DNA from: Eledone cirrhosa
Taxonomy: Eukaryota
Direction of reading: 5' to 3'
DNA: 64,000 nt
NCBI GenBank assembly: GCA_964016885.1
Contig: OZ024749.1
Location: 5,518,001-5,582,000 of the forward strand
The notes beneath the pieces were generated by a model. The model ran no database searches. It was not told the origin of the DNA and saw nothing but the letters and a program-made list of their open reading frames with translations. The number at the start of each line of letters is the position of its first letter. Within the stretch, counting starts at the first letter, position 1. The translations under genes and the position numbers were made by a program. Shown piece after piece: positions 39,952 through 52,468 of the stretch.

Positions 39952-40822
39952 GTAGCAGTTGAGCCCGGTTGCACCCGAGGCCACTTTTTATTAAGTTAAT
40001 AATTTGAAAAATATTATTGAAAGTTTATTATAAGAAGCAGTTTCAGGAAGAAAAAATAGAAATATGCACTTGGGGCTGGGCGGCGTACAATGAGAAGTGG
40101 AGCGACGTGAAAAGCGTTGTTTATTAACAGCGAAATACCAATGTCGATGATATGCAATTTGAAAAATACTACTTACTGTTAGTGGTGGTTAACATGTATT
40201 AGAATTAAAATAAAAACACGCGTCCCTTCTTCGCAATTTAAGGGTTTTATTTCTTTTGATGGAAAACTGTGACCGTACTGCAGAATCGATTTCATAAAAC
40301 GGTACTGTGAAAATGAAACGTACTGTAGAAGGCAACAGTTTATTAATCTGCATTTTCAAACTTGCATATCATCGACATTGCTATTCCGCTGTTAATAAAC
40401 AACGCTTTTCACGTCGCTCCACTTCTCATTGTACGCCGTCCAGCCCCAAGTGCATATTTCTATTTTTTTTCCTGAAACTGCTTCTTTATAATAAACTTTC
40501 AATAATATTTTTCAAATTATTACTACTGTATGTTAACAGCGAAAGAACGTTGATGAGTTTAAAAATGTATATGAAATTGTAAATAACTCATCCAAGTATT
40601 AAAACAGGGGGAAATAACTCACCGAACGCGATAGTAAATAGACCGTTTGGGGGCCCTAGGGACCACTTTTTCAAGTTAGAGATTTGAAACCTCGTCTATT
40701 TGCTTCCTTGGCACTTTTTACATAGGTGTGTAAATTTTCATGTCCGTCCGACCACGTCTACTACCATTTTACCGTGCACATCTGAATTTCAACCACCACC
40801 CATTTCACAAATATATATTAGA
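39952..40822 (-). mobile_element. Non-autonomous Helitron with internal ~170-bp inverted repeat
   Basis: Minus 5' TCTAATATATA at 40822; 3' hairpin ctcgggtgcaaccggg + CTAC(T); 39997-40167 is inverted to 40352-40522. Confidence 0.7.
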
Positions 40823-41699
40823 TATATATAGTGAAAAAAATGTGGACGTTAGAAAAGCGTTTTACATAGATCACGTTATATAAGGAAAAAGATAATAACA
40901 AGGTGGTTTGAAAAGTTCTCCTGGTATATATAAAAGGACTACCTAAACGGACTAACTCAGTTTCCAAACGTGACCAACAGTACTGCTTGTTCATTCGGGA
41001 TCTCAGTAGCTGCTGCTTCTTCTTTTCGAGGGGGTCGTGCGGGCAGAGTCCTCAAACACTCATTCCAGCGGGTCCTATCAGAAGGAAACATCTCGAACTG
41101 ATGTGACTAGATCCCCAAGCGTAACCAGCCAAACTGATGTATATTATCCAACCATCTAGCTCGGGGTCCACCCCTGGATCTCTTGTCGATTGGTTTTGCC
41201 TGTAAAATCTGTCAAGTGATTCTATCCTGAGCCATTCTAACCCCATGCCCATAGTAACGGAGCTGTGATCACTCAATTCTGAGAAGTAGCATCTCTATCT
41301 AAAGTGATTATCTGATCTCCGAGCTACACATTTTATTGAGTAATATTACTCCAAAAGCCCTTCGGAGGGATCCCATTTCGGTCGCTTGTATTCGTGATCG
41401 TATTATTTCTCTCATTACACAAAATTCATGACCCTAGCGTCTAACAATATAGTTAAACAAGTTGGTGACATAGATATTACAAAATGACTCCTGGTCGTCA
41501 GCTAACGATACGGACTAACACGGTTTCAAAGACTGTGGACAGTACGACTGGTCCATTCAGGATCTCAGCTTCTCACAAGATAGTTAAACAAACGTGAAGG
41601 CATGTATAGAAGGTCAGTCATGAGAAGGATATACCCGAGGTACATGAAACAATATATAAGATATTCTGACTATAAAACAACAAGTCCGCGAAATATATA

Positions 41700-42180
41700 C
41701 ATATACACCAGGTCCCAACACAAAGGAACCAAATTTCAACTGCCACTAAACCTCATCTCTCATTATTATGAGCAAATGGGCGGTGGATTGGCAGTATCGG
41801 TAGAGGGTCGGACGCCATGCTTGCTAGCTTAGTTACGTCCCTTTACAATCTGAGTTCAAATCCCGCCGAGGTTGACTTTGCCTTTCATCCTTACGGGGTC
41901 GATAAAATGAAGTACCAGTAATGTACTGGAATAATTGCTGGCCTTGTGCCAAAAGTAGAAACAATTATGAGCAAATGTGCGGCCCACGCGCTGGACGCCT
42001 CACGGCCCCGGAGGACGGAGTAGAGAAGGCGTTTCCCCGGAGGATGGTGGGATAGATGCGCTGGAAGAGCCATTCTTCCTCGCGAGGCTCACACCTGCGG
42101 CTAGTAATCTCTGTACCCATGGTGGTGAGTGAGTAGGGAGGTCGCCCTAAGGCCAAGGACAATAGAAGACCCCATTGCTA
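41700..42180 (-). mobile_element. CRE-clade 3' fragment interrupted by a SINE
   Basis: EPREEEWLFQRIYPTILRGNAFST on the minus strand. Confidence 0.8.
41779..41968 (+). mobile_element. Family S SINE with TSD attatgagcaaatg
   Basis: Duplication seen on both sides. Confidence 0.93.
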
Positions 42181-42491
42181 CATAAACCCTTGGCATACAT
42201 TAAAAGTCGAGGCTGGCAAAAAAAAAAACTAAAAACATAGCACGGACGGTAACAATAATAAAACTAAACAGGGTTCGGAATAGGAAAATAAGTCATATCT
42301 ACAGGAGTATTGTGATGAGAAAATATATAAATAAATATGATTGACAAATCGATGAATGTGTGGTAATGGACAGAACGATCAGTTAGACTCATAGACAAAA
42401 GAAAAAAACAAGAGACAACATATGGCAGCTGATACACAAATAAATAATGGGGCAAGTTGTATTGCATGATGATTGATAAACCATGATGATA

Positions 42492-43108
42492 GGCGGTGGA
42501 TTGGCAGTAGGGTGTCGGACGCTATGCTTTGCAGTATAGAGTTACGGTCTTTTACGATATGAGTTCAAATCCCGCCGAGGTTAACTTTGTCTTTCATCCT
42601 TACGGGGTCGATAAAATAAAGTACCAGTAATGCACTGGATAATTGCTGGCCTTGTGCCGAAAGTAGAAACAATTGTGATTGATAAACCAGTACATCACCT
42701 ATTGTTTAACGTGTGTGTGGTGCGGTAAATACATATACACAGATATACACCAGGTCCGAACACAACGGAACCAAACTCCCACTGTCACAGCCTCCGTCTC
42801 TCACGCTCTCCCCAAAGTCGGTTACCTGGATAGAATTTAGACAGTTTTCCGACACATATGTGAAAGATCACGTGAGAATATGTCAGCAAATCAATAGGAC
42901 CAAGTGACATATACACATACATTTGGATTGGCAGTATCGGTAGAGGGTCGGACGCCATGCTTTCCAGCATAGTTACGTCCCTTTACGATCTGAGTTCAAA
43001 TCCCGCCGAGGTTGACTCTGCCTTTCATCCTTACGGGGTCGATAAAATAAAGTACCAGTAATGCACTGGGTAATTTGCTGGCCTTGTGCCTAACGTAGAA
43101 ACAATTAT
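42492..43108 (+). mobile_element. Two family S SINEs (42492-42675, 42924-43108) around a CRE 3' tip (42744-42812, -)
   Basis: Consensus matches. Confidence 0.88.
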
Positions 43109-43861
43109 ATGAACGAGGACCGAAATTTGAAATTTATGAAAAAATTAAATGTACATATTTTCCGTTAAGACTGATGGACTTGAAAACAATCGAGAAAATA
43201 TGGTTTTCTCGTCTGTGTAAATGAGATAATTAATCTCATTTGCATATAAAGCTGCATAAGCTGACTCAAATTATGATAGAATAGAATTAGGATTTAGCTT
43301 CAGGCATAGCTGTATACAGATATGTATTGGTATTCTGGAGAAACACGGTATGTTTCTAGATAAACATTTAGAAAGCCGTAGCTATGCAAAAAACACCAGA
43401 GGGTATCGCCCTCTGGTGGTGTCCAGCAGAAAGAAGGGGGACAATGGTCGATGCATTTCGAACTTAACTATATATATATATATAGATGTATATATATATA
43501 TATGTATGCCAAACTTACACTCAATCGACTGATAGAAATGTACGGTTATCCCATAATTTTACATCTCCGTTCATAATTTGCCTGCGTTTTTCTTCGTTCT
43601 TTCGTATCCCTTACCCCTCCTATGTTGTTCTTTCTGTGTCAGTGTTTTCTCTTCTGTTACACACGTGTATTTATTCTCTTACCATTGTTATATTTGTATC
43701 ATTACGTGCGCCACTTGGGGTTAGTAGTCCCATCCGTTAGAACCGTAACTGCACTGATATTTAAGGGCTGGTTGCTTAATATAGGAAATTGTTTTTCTTC
43801 TTTGTCGATGTTTTCTTTTCGGTTTACTACCTACCCGCAATTTCTTTTTTTTTGTGCGTAT

Positions 43862-43895
<34 letters not shown>

Positions 43896-43969
43896 CGCTA
43901 TTTCTATTCCTCTGGTTTTTTATTGTCAGCAATGCTTAATATGTTCTCTTATATGTACGTAACAACCCC

Positions 43970-44038
<69 letters not shown>

Positions 44039-44557
44039 CGTTAATTTATGTTAATTATAGAAAATGAAATAATAGGTAGCACCATATAAAATAAAATAAA
44101 ATAAAATTCACAAATTCATTTTTGATGGTGAATAAATTCTTTTGTCCCAGCCAATCATATGAAAGAACGCGATGAAAGCGAACGGTAATTTAATTTTCAC
44201 AAATAAATTATATAATATATATTGTGTTAATGAGTAGAATTACAAAATAAACGAAAAATGGTGGCAAAAAATATAGTTCAGCATCATCATCGTCAGCATA
44301 ATGATCAAGATCATCAGCAGCTAGCCATCATCGTCATCGTTTTACTTAATTGTTCTTTTTTTAGAAGTGTATATAATATGTATTAAAAATATCGAATAAG
44401 ATGGAGCAATAAAAAAAAAAGACAATAAATATCCCAAGAGGTGTTAAGATATTTTTTCTAAAGTTTTCTAGTTGTAATATATTGGTTCATGGGGAAAAGA
44501 AATTATTCAAATATAAATGTTTTAAGCTTAGTTTAAACATGTTGCATTTTCCCCCTT

Positions 44558-45900
44558 TGTTGGTGTTGTTGGTGTTGTTGTTGTTGGTGTTGGTGTTGGT
44601 GGTGTTGTGGTTGTTGGTGTTGGTAGTGTTTGTCGTGTTGGTGTTGTTGGTGTTGTTGGTGGTGTTGGTGGTGGTGTTGGTATTGTTGTTGGTGTAAGTA
44701 GTGTTGGTGTTGTTGGTGTTGTCGGTGGTGGTGTTGTTGGTGGTGTTGGTGTTGTTGTGGTTGTTGGTGTTGGTGTTGTTGGTGGTGGTGGTGTTGTTGG
44801 TGGTGGTGTTAGTGGTGGTGGTGGTGTTGGTGTTGGTAGTGTTGTTGGTGTTGTTGGTGGTGGTGTTGTCGGTGTTGTTGGTAGTGTTGGTGGTGTTGGT
44901 GGTGGTGGTGTTGGTGGTAGTGGTGGTGGTGTTGTTGGTGGTGGTGTTGTTGGTGGTGGTCGTGTTGGTGGTAGTGTTGTTGGTGGTGTTGGTGTTGGTG
45001 TTGTTGGTGTTTTTGGTGTTGGTGTTATTGTCGTTGTTGTTGGTGTTGGTGGTAGTGTTGTTGTTGGTGTTGTTAGTGTTGGTGGTGGTGTTGTTGTTGG
45101 TGTTCGTGTTCATGTTGTTGGTGTTGTTGGTGTTGGTGTTGCTGATGTTGTTGGTGTTGTTGCTGGTGATGTTGTTATTGGTGTTGGTGCTGTTGTTGCT
45201 GATGTTGTTGGTGTTGTTGTTTCTGCTGCTTTCGTCTTTCAAATTCACAAGGGAGATCAAATACACTAGTAGTCGTAGTAGTAGTAGTTGTAGTAGTAGT
45301 ATTTGTTGTCGAAGTAGCAGTAGTTGTATTGGAGGTGGTGTTGGTAATGTTGCTGGTGGTGGGAATAACATTGCAAGTAAAGGCGGTGTTACTAGTTGTA
45401 GTAGCAGTGGTGTTAGTAATAGCGGTGGTGTAGTAGTGGTAGTAGTCTTAGTAGTAGTAGTTGTAGTAGTGGTGGTGTTAGTTGTGGTAGTTGTAGTAGT
45501 GGTGGTGTTAGTTGTGGTAGTTGTAGTAGTGGTGGTGTTAGTTGTGGTAGTTGTAGTAGTGGTGGTGTTAGTTGTGGTAGTTGTAGTAGTAGTGGCGTTA
45601 GAAGTGGTAGTTGTAGTAGTGGTGGTGTTAGTTGTGGTAGTTGTAGTAGTGGTGGTGTTAGTTGTGGTAATTGTAGTAGTAGTGGCGTTAGTAATGGTAG
45701 TTGTAGTAGTGGTGGTGTTAGTTGTAGTAGTTCTAGTAGTGGTGGTGTTGGTTGTAGTAGTTGTAGTAGTGGTGGTGTAAGTAGTAGTAGTTGTAGTAGT
45801 GGTGGTGTTAGTTGTGGTAAATGTAGTAGTAGTGGCGTTAGTAATGGTGGTTGTAGTAGTGGTGGTGTTAGTTGTAGTGATAGTAGGGGTGTTGTTACTA
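44558..45900. repeat. (GGT/GTT)n tract followed by 30-bp (gttgtggtagttgtagtagtggtggtgtta)n array
   Basis: Direct reading. Confidence 0.92.
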
Positions 45901-45904
45901 CTAT

Positions 45905-46625
45905 TTGGTTGTGTAGTATTGGCAGTATCTGTAGAGCGTCGGATAACATCCTTCGCTGCGGAATCTTTAGAATGTTGGTTTACGGCATTTATTCAAATAT
46001 TTAGGGTCTGATTTCAAATGCCGCCGAGATTAGCTTTACCTTTCGTCCTTACGGGGTCGATAAAATAAAGGGCCAGTTACGAGCTGCAGTCGATTTAATC
46101 AACTTTTCCCCCTCTCCAAAAATTGCTGACCTTGTTCTTAAATCAGAAATAATTATTAATTTGGCAGTATCAGTAGATGGTCGGACACCATGATTTTCAG
46201 CACAGAGTTACGGCCCTTTAGGTTCTGAGTTCAAACCCCGCCGAGGTTGACTTTGCCTTTCATCCTTACGGGATCGATAAAATAAAGTACCAGTAATGCA
46301 CTGGGTTATTGCTGGCCTTGTGCCAAAAGAAGAAACAATTATTAATAAAGTACCAGTAATACACTGGATTAATTGCTGGCCTTGTGCCTAAAGTAGAAAC
46401 AATTATTAATAAAGTACCAGTAATGCACTGGGAAATTGCTGGCCTTGTGCCTAAAGTAGAAACAATTATTAATAAAGTACCAGTAATGCACTGGGAAAAT
46501 TGCTGGCCTTGTGCCTAAAGTAGAAACAATTATTAATAATAATAATTGTTTCTACTTTAGGCACAAAGCCAGCACATTTGGGGGAGGGGAAAAGTCGATT
46601 GAATCGACCCAAGTGCATGACTGGT
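45905..46625 (+). mobile_element. SINE cluster: old long-form copy (45905-46155), young copy (46161-46343), three extra ~63-bp 3' ends (46344-46535), inverted long-form fragment (46542-46625)
   Basis: Direct comparison with the consensus. Confidence 0.88.
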
Positions 46626-47721
46626 ATAGGAGGGGGAGTAGCAGCAGAAGTAGTTGTATTTGATATTAGCCACCTATACCTATTCCAATCAGCCATCACC
46701 CAGTACTATTAATCAATGTTTATAGTTGAAACAACCTCACCCAACTCCACCATATTTATATATCTTGAAATACATCCTGTATTTCTGTACCGTTACCTTT
46801 TCGATGGCTATGTGTTCGATTTGAGGGAGATTTCGTTGCAATTTTCAGCATTTAGGAAGACAATATAGGCTTCTTGGTAGCTGCGGTGAAAATGAAATAC
46901 TTTGAAATAAGAAAATGACTTAGAAATATAAGCTTTTGCCGTATTTTGACTTCCAAGTCGAAAAGGATGAGGATTTTTACCCCACTATTATGCTAATTTT
47001 CTTTAGTCAAAATACAGCGAAAGCTTCTACTTCTAACTCAATTTCAAACTTCGCTCGCCGTCTTCAACACAACACGCTTACCTTGAAATATATTTTCAAT
47101 AATTTACCTTTATATCTCACTTCGATAGCATTGATTTGATAGCTGACAGAATGGCTTAATATAGGCTTTCCGTAGCTTCGGTGAAGAAACAAATAAACAT
47201 ATTTTAACTCAAATTGTAAAGGGCAACCGAAAAACAAATCGCAGTCCGATTATAGAAATACATTGAATTAATTTTTATGTCGTACGCTGAAAATATTAAC
47301 TCTTAACACCTTGTTCCGTATAAAACCGCATAAAGAAGAATCTCAAAATATATATAAAACAGCCCCGCAACTACACCAGAAGATAATCTCTTTACACTAA
47401 TACTGCAAATTTTCTAAAATATATGTAAAACAGCCCCACAACTACATCAGGGTAGAAGATAATCTCTTTACACTAATACTGCAAATTTATACATTGGTTT
47501 GTCTCCGAGTAAAGATAATCTAAACATTTTAATTAACAAACTCTACATAATTCCTGATGTTAAGACATAAGGGAAATCTATGAGAATTTATCACTCAATG
47601 GGTTTGTTTAATCACTCTACTGAAAACATCGATCAATACTGTTAATTAGTTGTGATAGCAATTCCTGACCTGTCAATGATGTTTATTATAAATGCCATCT
47701 ATCATTTAAGCAGTCATAGAA

Positions 47722-48240
47722 ATAATTGTTTCTACGTTTGGTACAAGGCCAGAAATTCACTAGTGCATTACTGGTACTTTATTTTATCGACCCCGTAAGG
47801 ATAAAAGGCAAAGTTAACCTCGGCGGGATTTGAACTCAGAATGGCAAAGGCCGTAACTCTATGCGTCAAAGCATGGCGTCCGACCCTCTACCGACACTGC
47901 CAATCCAATTGGCACTCCTTCATCAGATGACCTTTTGATGGTTGATTTAATCGGTCGTCCTATTTGACATCAACACCGTGGGATGCCTTTAAAAGATGTG
48001 ACACCTTTTACAAGCCTAGTATTTAGAGACTAGTGACTCACATGACAACACTTGGTTATATATCATGTTTACTTTTTATTTCCAGTTCTGTAAACTACTA
48101 AGATAATTGTTTCTACTATTGGCACAAGGCTAGCAATTAACCAGTACATTACTGGTACTTTATTTTATCGACCCCGTAAGGATGAAAGGCAAAGTTAACC
48201 TCGGCGGGATTAACTTTGCCTTTCATCCTACTAAGATAAT
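47722..48240 (-). mobile_element. Family S SINE (47722-47908) and a 5'-truncated/inverted copy (48103-48230)
   Basis: Second copy is flanked by TSD ctactaagataat. Confidence 0.88.
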
Positions 48241-48279
48241 ATTAATGAATAAGTGTGTGTCAGTGAGACAGACATTTAC

Positions 48280-48505
48280 AGAACGTCCGAACACAAAATA
48301 ACCGAACTCCCACTGTCACGGCCTCCGTCTCTCCGGCTCTCCCTATCTCTCACCATCTCTCACCATCTCTCACCATCTCTCACCATTATGAAGAAATGGG
48401 CGGCCCACGTGCTGGTCGCACGGCTGCCCCGGCGGACAGGATGGAGAAGGCTTTTCCCGGAGGATGGTGAGAGAAACACGCTGGAAGAACCATTCCAGTT
48501 CGTCA
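48280..48505 (-). mobile_element. CRE-clade 3' fragment
   Basis: Homologous to 41700-42180. Confidence 0.75.
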
Positions 48506-48861
48506 GCCTAGTAGTTATGTATCCATTTTGAAGTTATCTTATTCCCTCCCTTTCAGCAGTGTCGGAGACAGTGACGTATCTAGAGGGTGTGCTACCCGAG
48601 CTAGTCTTTGGGTATGCTTCTCTTTCCACCCCCGCCACATACTCAAATATATACAACAGACCCAAAAGTGCCGCCTGGGATGGACCACCGCCAACAACTC
48701 ACCTCAACCCACCCCCAAGCTACGCTAGTGATTAGAGGCCCTGAAATCAGAACCAATGTTCTCATCGCCCCTGTAAAAGAGAAAGAGTTTCTCATACACA
48801 TGTTTCAGATTATATTTTTTATGTCTGTTAATTTCATATTTGATGTCGGCCTTCACAGGAA

Positions 48862-49510
48862 GATGGTGCAGTCGGTAGATTGCTGGATTTAAGATTGTAA
48901 GGCCGTAAGTTCGATTCATGGACCCGGCGATGCATTCTTTTTGAATAACACATTTTATTTAAGTTTCATTCACTCCACTTAACTGTAATTGAAAGACCAG
49001 TCATGTCACACATTGTATTACGCTGAAAATCGCTGAGAAATACGTTGCTGGGTTCAAGATTGTAAGGTCGTGTGTTCGATTCTAGGACCAGGTGTCGCCT
49101 TGTGTCCATAAGCAGAACACATTATGTCATGTTGCTTGGGTGGTGGATTGGCTGTATCGGTAGAGAGTCGGACACCATGCTTTGAAGCATAGAGTTACGT
49201 TCCTTTATGATCAGAGTTCAAATCCCGCCGAGGTTAACTTTGCCTTTCATCCTTACGGGGTCGATAAAATAAAGTACCAGTAATGTACTGGGTAATTGCT
49301 GGCCTTGTGCCAAAAATAGAAACAATTACTTCATGTTGCTTTAGTCCATTAGCTGACAAGAGTTATAATTGTAATTGAAGAATCCTTTTTATATATTGTC
49401 TTACACTGAATCTCCCTGAGAACTATATTAAGAGTACATGTGTCTTTGGAATGCTCAACACTTACACATTAATTTAACAAACAGGCAATTCCGTCAGAAA
49501 CGACGAAGAT
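48862..49510 (+). mobile_element. Two old tRNA-derived SINEs of a second family; the second is interrupted by a family S SINE (49138-49328)
   Basis: B-box-like gttcgattc twice; imperfect TSD atta..tcatgttgctt around the family S copy. Confidence 0.65.
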
Positions 49511-49542
49511 CCAACATCAACAATATTGTCTGCTATGTCAAG

Positions 49543-49890
49543 GGGCCCCTAACACTTGAAGGAATAGTCGGAGTGCCACAATTATTGAGCCCCTAATATT
49601 GAAGGATAAATCGTTGGAGTGCCATAATTATTGTGCCGCTAAATATTGAAGGAGTTGTCGGAGTGCCACAATTAATGGGCCCCTAAATATTGAAGGAGTT
49701 GTCGGAGTGCCACAATTGAACCCCTAAATATTGAAGGAATCGTTGGAGTGCTACAATTGAGCCCCTAAATCTCGAAGGATTCATTGGAGTTCCACAAATT
49801 AATGTGTCCCTAAATCTTGAAGGAGTTGTCGGAGTGCCACGATTAATGAGCCCCTAAATATCGAAGGAGACATCGGAGTGCCACAATTAC
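49543..49890. repeat. ~40-bp minisatellite (cccctaaatattgaaggagttgtcggagtgccacaatt)
   Basis: About 9 units. Confidence 0.9.
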
Positions 49891-49904
49891 ATCTGAAATC
49901 AGTA

Positions 49905-50765
49905 ACATCGCCGGATCTGGCAAATGGCTGACCGTAAAAGCAATCGAAAGACCAATGGAAACATTTCCCTTGGTCCAATCTGATAAATGTCAGACAACAG
50001 TAATGGAAAAAGGAGTGGACGCCTAGTTTCGTTGATCCGATCTAACAACTGGTAGACAGTAACATAATTTCCGTGATCCCATCAGACAATTGGCAAATAG
50101 TATCAGCGGTGGAAAGACCGATGAAAGCAGAGTTTCCTTGTTCCAGTCTGACGTCTGGCCGATAGTAAAAGCAATGGAAGCATAACTTCCTTGATCTCAT
50201 CAGACAATTGGCAAATAGTATCAGCGGTGGAAAGACCGATGAAAGCAGAGTTTCCTTGTTCCAGTCTGACGTCTGGCCGATAGTAAAAGCAATGGAAGCA
50301 TAACTTCCTTGATCTCATCAGACAATTGGCAAATAATATCAGCGGTGGAAAGACCGATGAAAGCAGAGTTTCCTTGTTCCAGTCTGACGTCTGGCCGATA
50401 GTAAAAGCAATGGAAGCATAACTTCCTTGATCTCATCAGACAATTGGCAAATAGTCTCAGCGGTGGAAAGACCGATGAAAGCACAGTTTCCTTGTTCCAG
50501 TCTGACGTCTGGCCGATAGTGAAAGCAATGGAAGCATAATTTCCTTGATCCCATCAGACAATTGGCAAATAATATCAGCGGTGGAAAGACCGATGAAAGC
50601 ACAGTTTCCTTGCTTCAATCTGACGTCTGGCCGATAATAAAAGCAATGGAAAGACCAATGGAAACAATTTCCTTGGTCCGATCTGACAACTGGCTGACAG
50701 TAACAGCAATAGAAAGACGAAGACCAATCAATGTAAAAATAGTTTCTTTTGTTCGATCTGACAAT
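49905..50765. repeat. 118-bp tandem repeat (dimer of ~59-bp subunits), homogeneous centre with diverged edges
   Basis: About 5 near-identical units at 50082-50655. Confidence 0.92.
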
Positions 50766-51346
50766 CAGCTTCTTTTTGTTTCATCACACGCAAACACACA
50801 GGAAATAGAAAGCGACAAGACCTTATAATATAATATTGACTGCTATACCGTCTATGTTTAAAGTGACAGCCTACTAATTACCTATACAGCTTTAATAGGT
50901 GCGTATCTCCTAGTTATTTCCCTTCCTCTACGCTCTTTCCCGGGATTCATATTAATGTCAGCTACAACACTGAACAGCAGCAGATATTACAACACTATAA
51001 ACGTCCACCGCCGCCGCCACTTAATTAATATCTCAACACCTCCCTATTCTGCTCTGTCACTACTACCCCCCTCTCTTCTCAACCTCTTTATGTCTCTCCT
51101 TCACTTTCATTTTCTCTCTCTGTCTCTCTCTCTCTGTCTCTCTCTCTCCTCTCGGTATCTCTCTCTCTCTCTCTCTCTCATCATGCCTTAGTACTTCATT
51201 TACACTCTTTTCTCTTCTTTCTTGCACTGATTGTTTTCACTTTCACCTTGCTGGTCTCTCTCTCTCTCTCTCTCCCTACCTCTTCCCCCTCCTATTACTC
51301 TCTCTCTCTACCTCTGCCCTCTCTCTCTACGTCTGCCCCCTCCCTT

Positions 51347-51381
<35 letters not shown>

Positions 51382-52011
51382 CTTCCTCTGCCCCTTCCCT
51401 CTATTTCTCTCTCTCTCTCTCTCACTCTCTCTTCCTCTGCCCCTCCCTCTATTTCTCTCTCACTCTCTCTCCCTCTGCCCCTCCCTCTATTTCTCTCCCA
51501 CTCTCTCTTCCTCTGCCCCTCCCTCTATTTCTCTCTCACTCTCTCTTCCTCTGCCCCCTCCCTCTATTTCTCTCTCACTCTCTCTACCCCTGTCCCTCCC
51601 TGTATCTCTCTCTCTTTCTCTCTCTCTACCCCTTCCGCCACACTAAAATTTAAACATAAAATATTCAAAGTAACAATACATTCGTCACCTTTTGTTTATA
51701 TATTTGTGAAATTTGATTTTATAAGATGGCAGAAGAGATTATTGTCATCATCTTCACAAACATCATCGATTTGGCGTCCGCTTTCCACCCTGGCATGGGT
51801 TAAACAGGCTATCATGGGTTCGTAACCTGGCAGATCGGTCAGCCTCTCACACATAGGCTCGGACACCCTTCCTAACACCACACACCTTACAGACAGACAT
51901 ATACATCTTCTGTTAATATTATCGTCGTTGATGATGTAATAACATTTATGTGAATACCTAAATATGGAATGTAACGCGATGCCCCCCCCCCCCACACACA
52001 CACATACACAC

Positions 52012-52275
52012 AGCCCCGGTGGACAGGATGGAGAAGGCGTTCCCACGGAGGATGGCAAGGGAGACGCGCTGGAAAAGCCACTCCAACTCGCGAGGTTCAC
52101 ACCTGCGGCTGGCCTATGGTGGTGACTAGGGAGGTAGCCCGAGGGCTGAGGACACCAGAAGTCTCCACTGCCAGGAGTACAACCGCAAACCTGTCGGAGG
52201 ACGACCAATATTTGAGGAGTTTGGCCTCCTCAGCCCGACGTGCAGCAGAACCTGGGTTTTACAGTGTGTAGTGGG
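52012..52275 (-). mobile_element. CRE-clade fragment
   Basis: Reverse homolog of 15180-15450. Confidence 0.72.
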
Positions 52276-52468
52276 TACGCTGTGTTCGTTACCTCTTTAC
52301 TGTCACTTTACAGGGTATTCTGGGCGCGTTTTTTCGTGGCAGCTGTTCTACCACTTTGCAAGCTGTATTGAATACGTTTTTTGTGCAATCTACACAACCA
52401 TTTGCAGAGTGTACTGGGTGCATTTGTTTTCTGGAAACCAGCACAACGACATTACGGTGGACGCAGAA

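Noticed and set aside
44487-45949. N/T- and V/L-rich ORFs
   Set aside because: Simple-repeat artefacts
50082-50655. CTGATGA on the minus strand of each 118-bp unit (satellite-type HHR?)
   Set aside because: No stem II closing onto GAAA and no pairing stems I or III could be found
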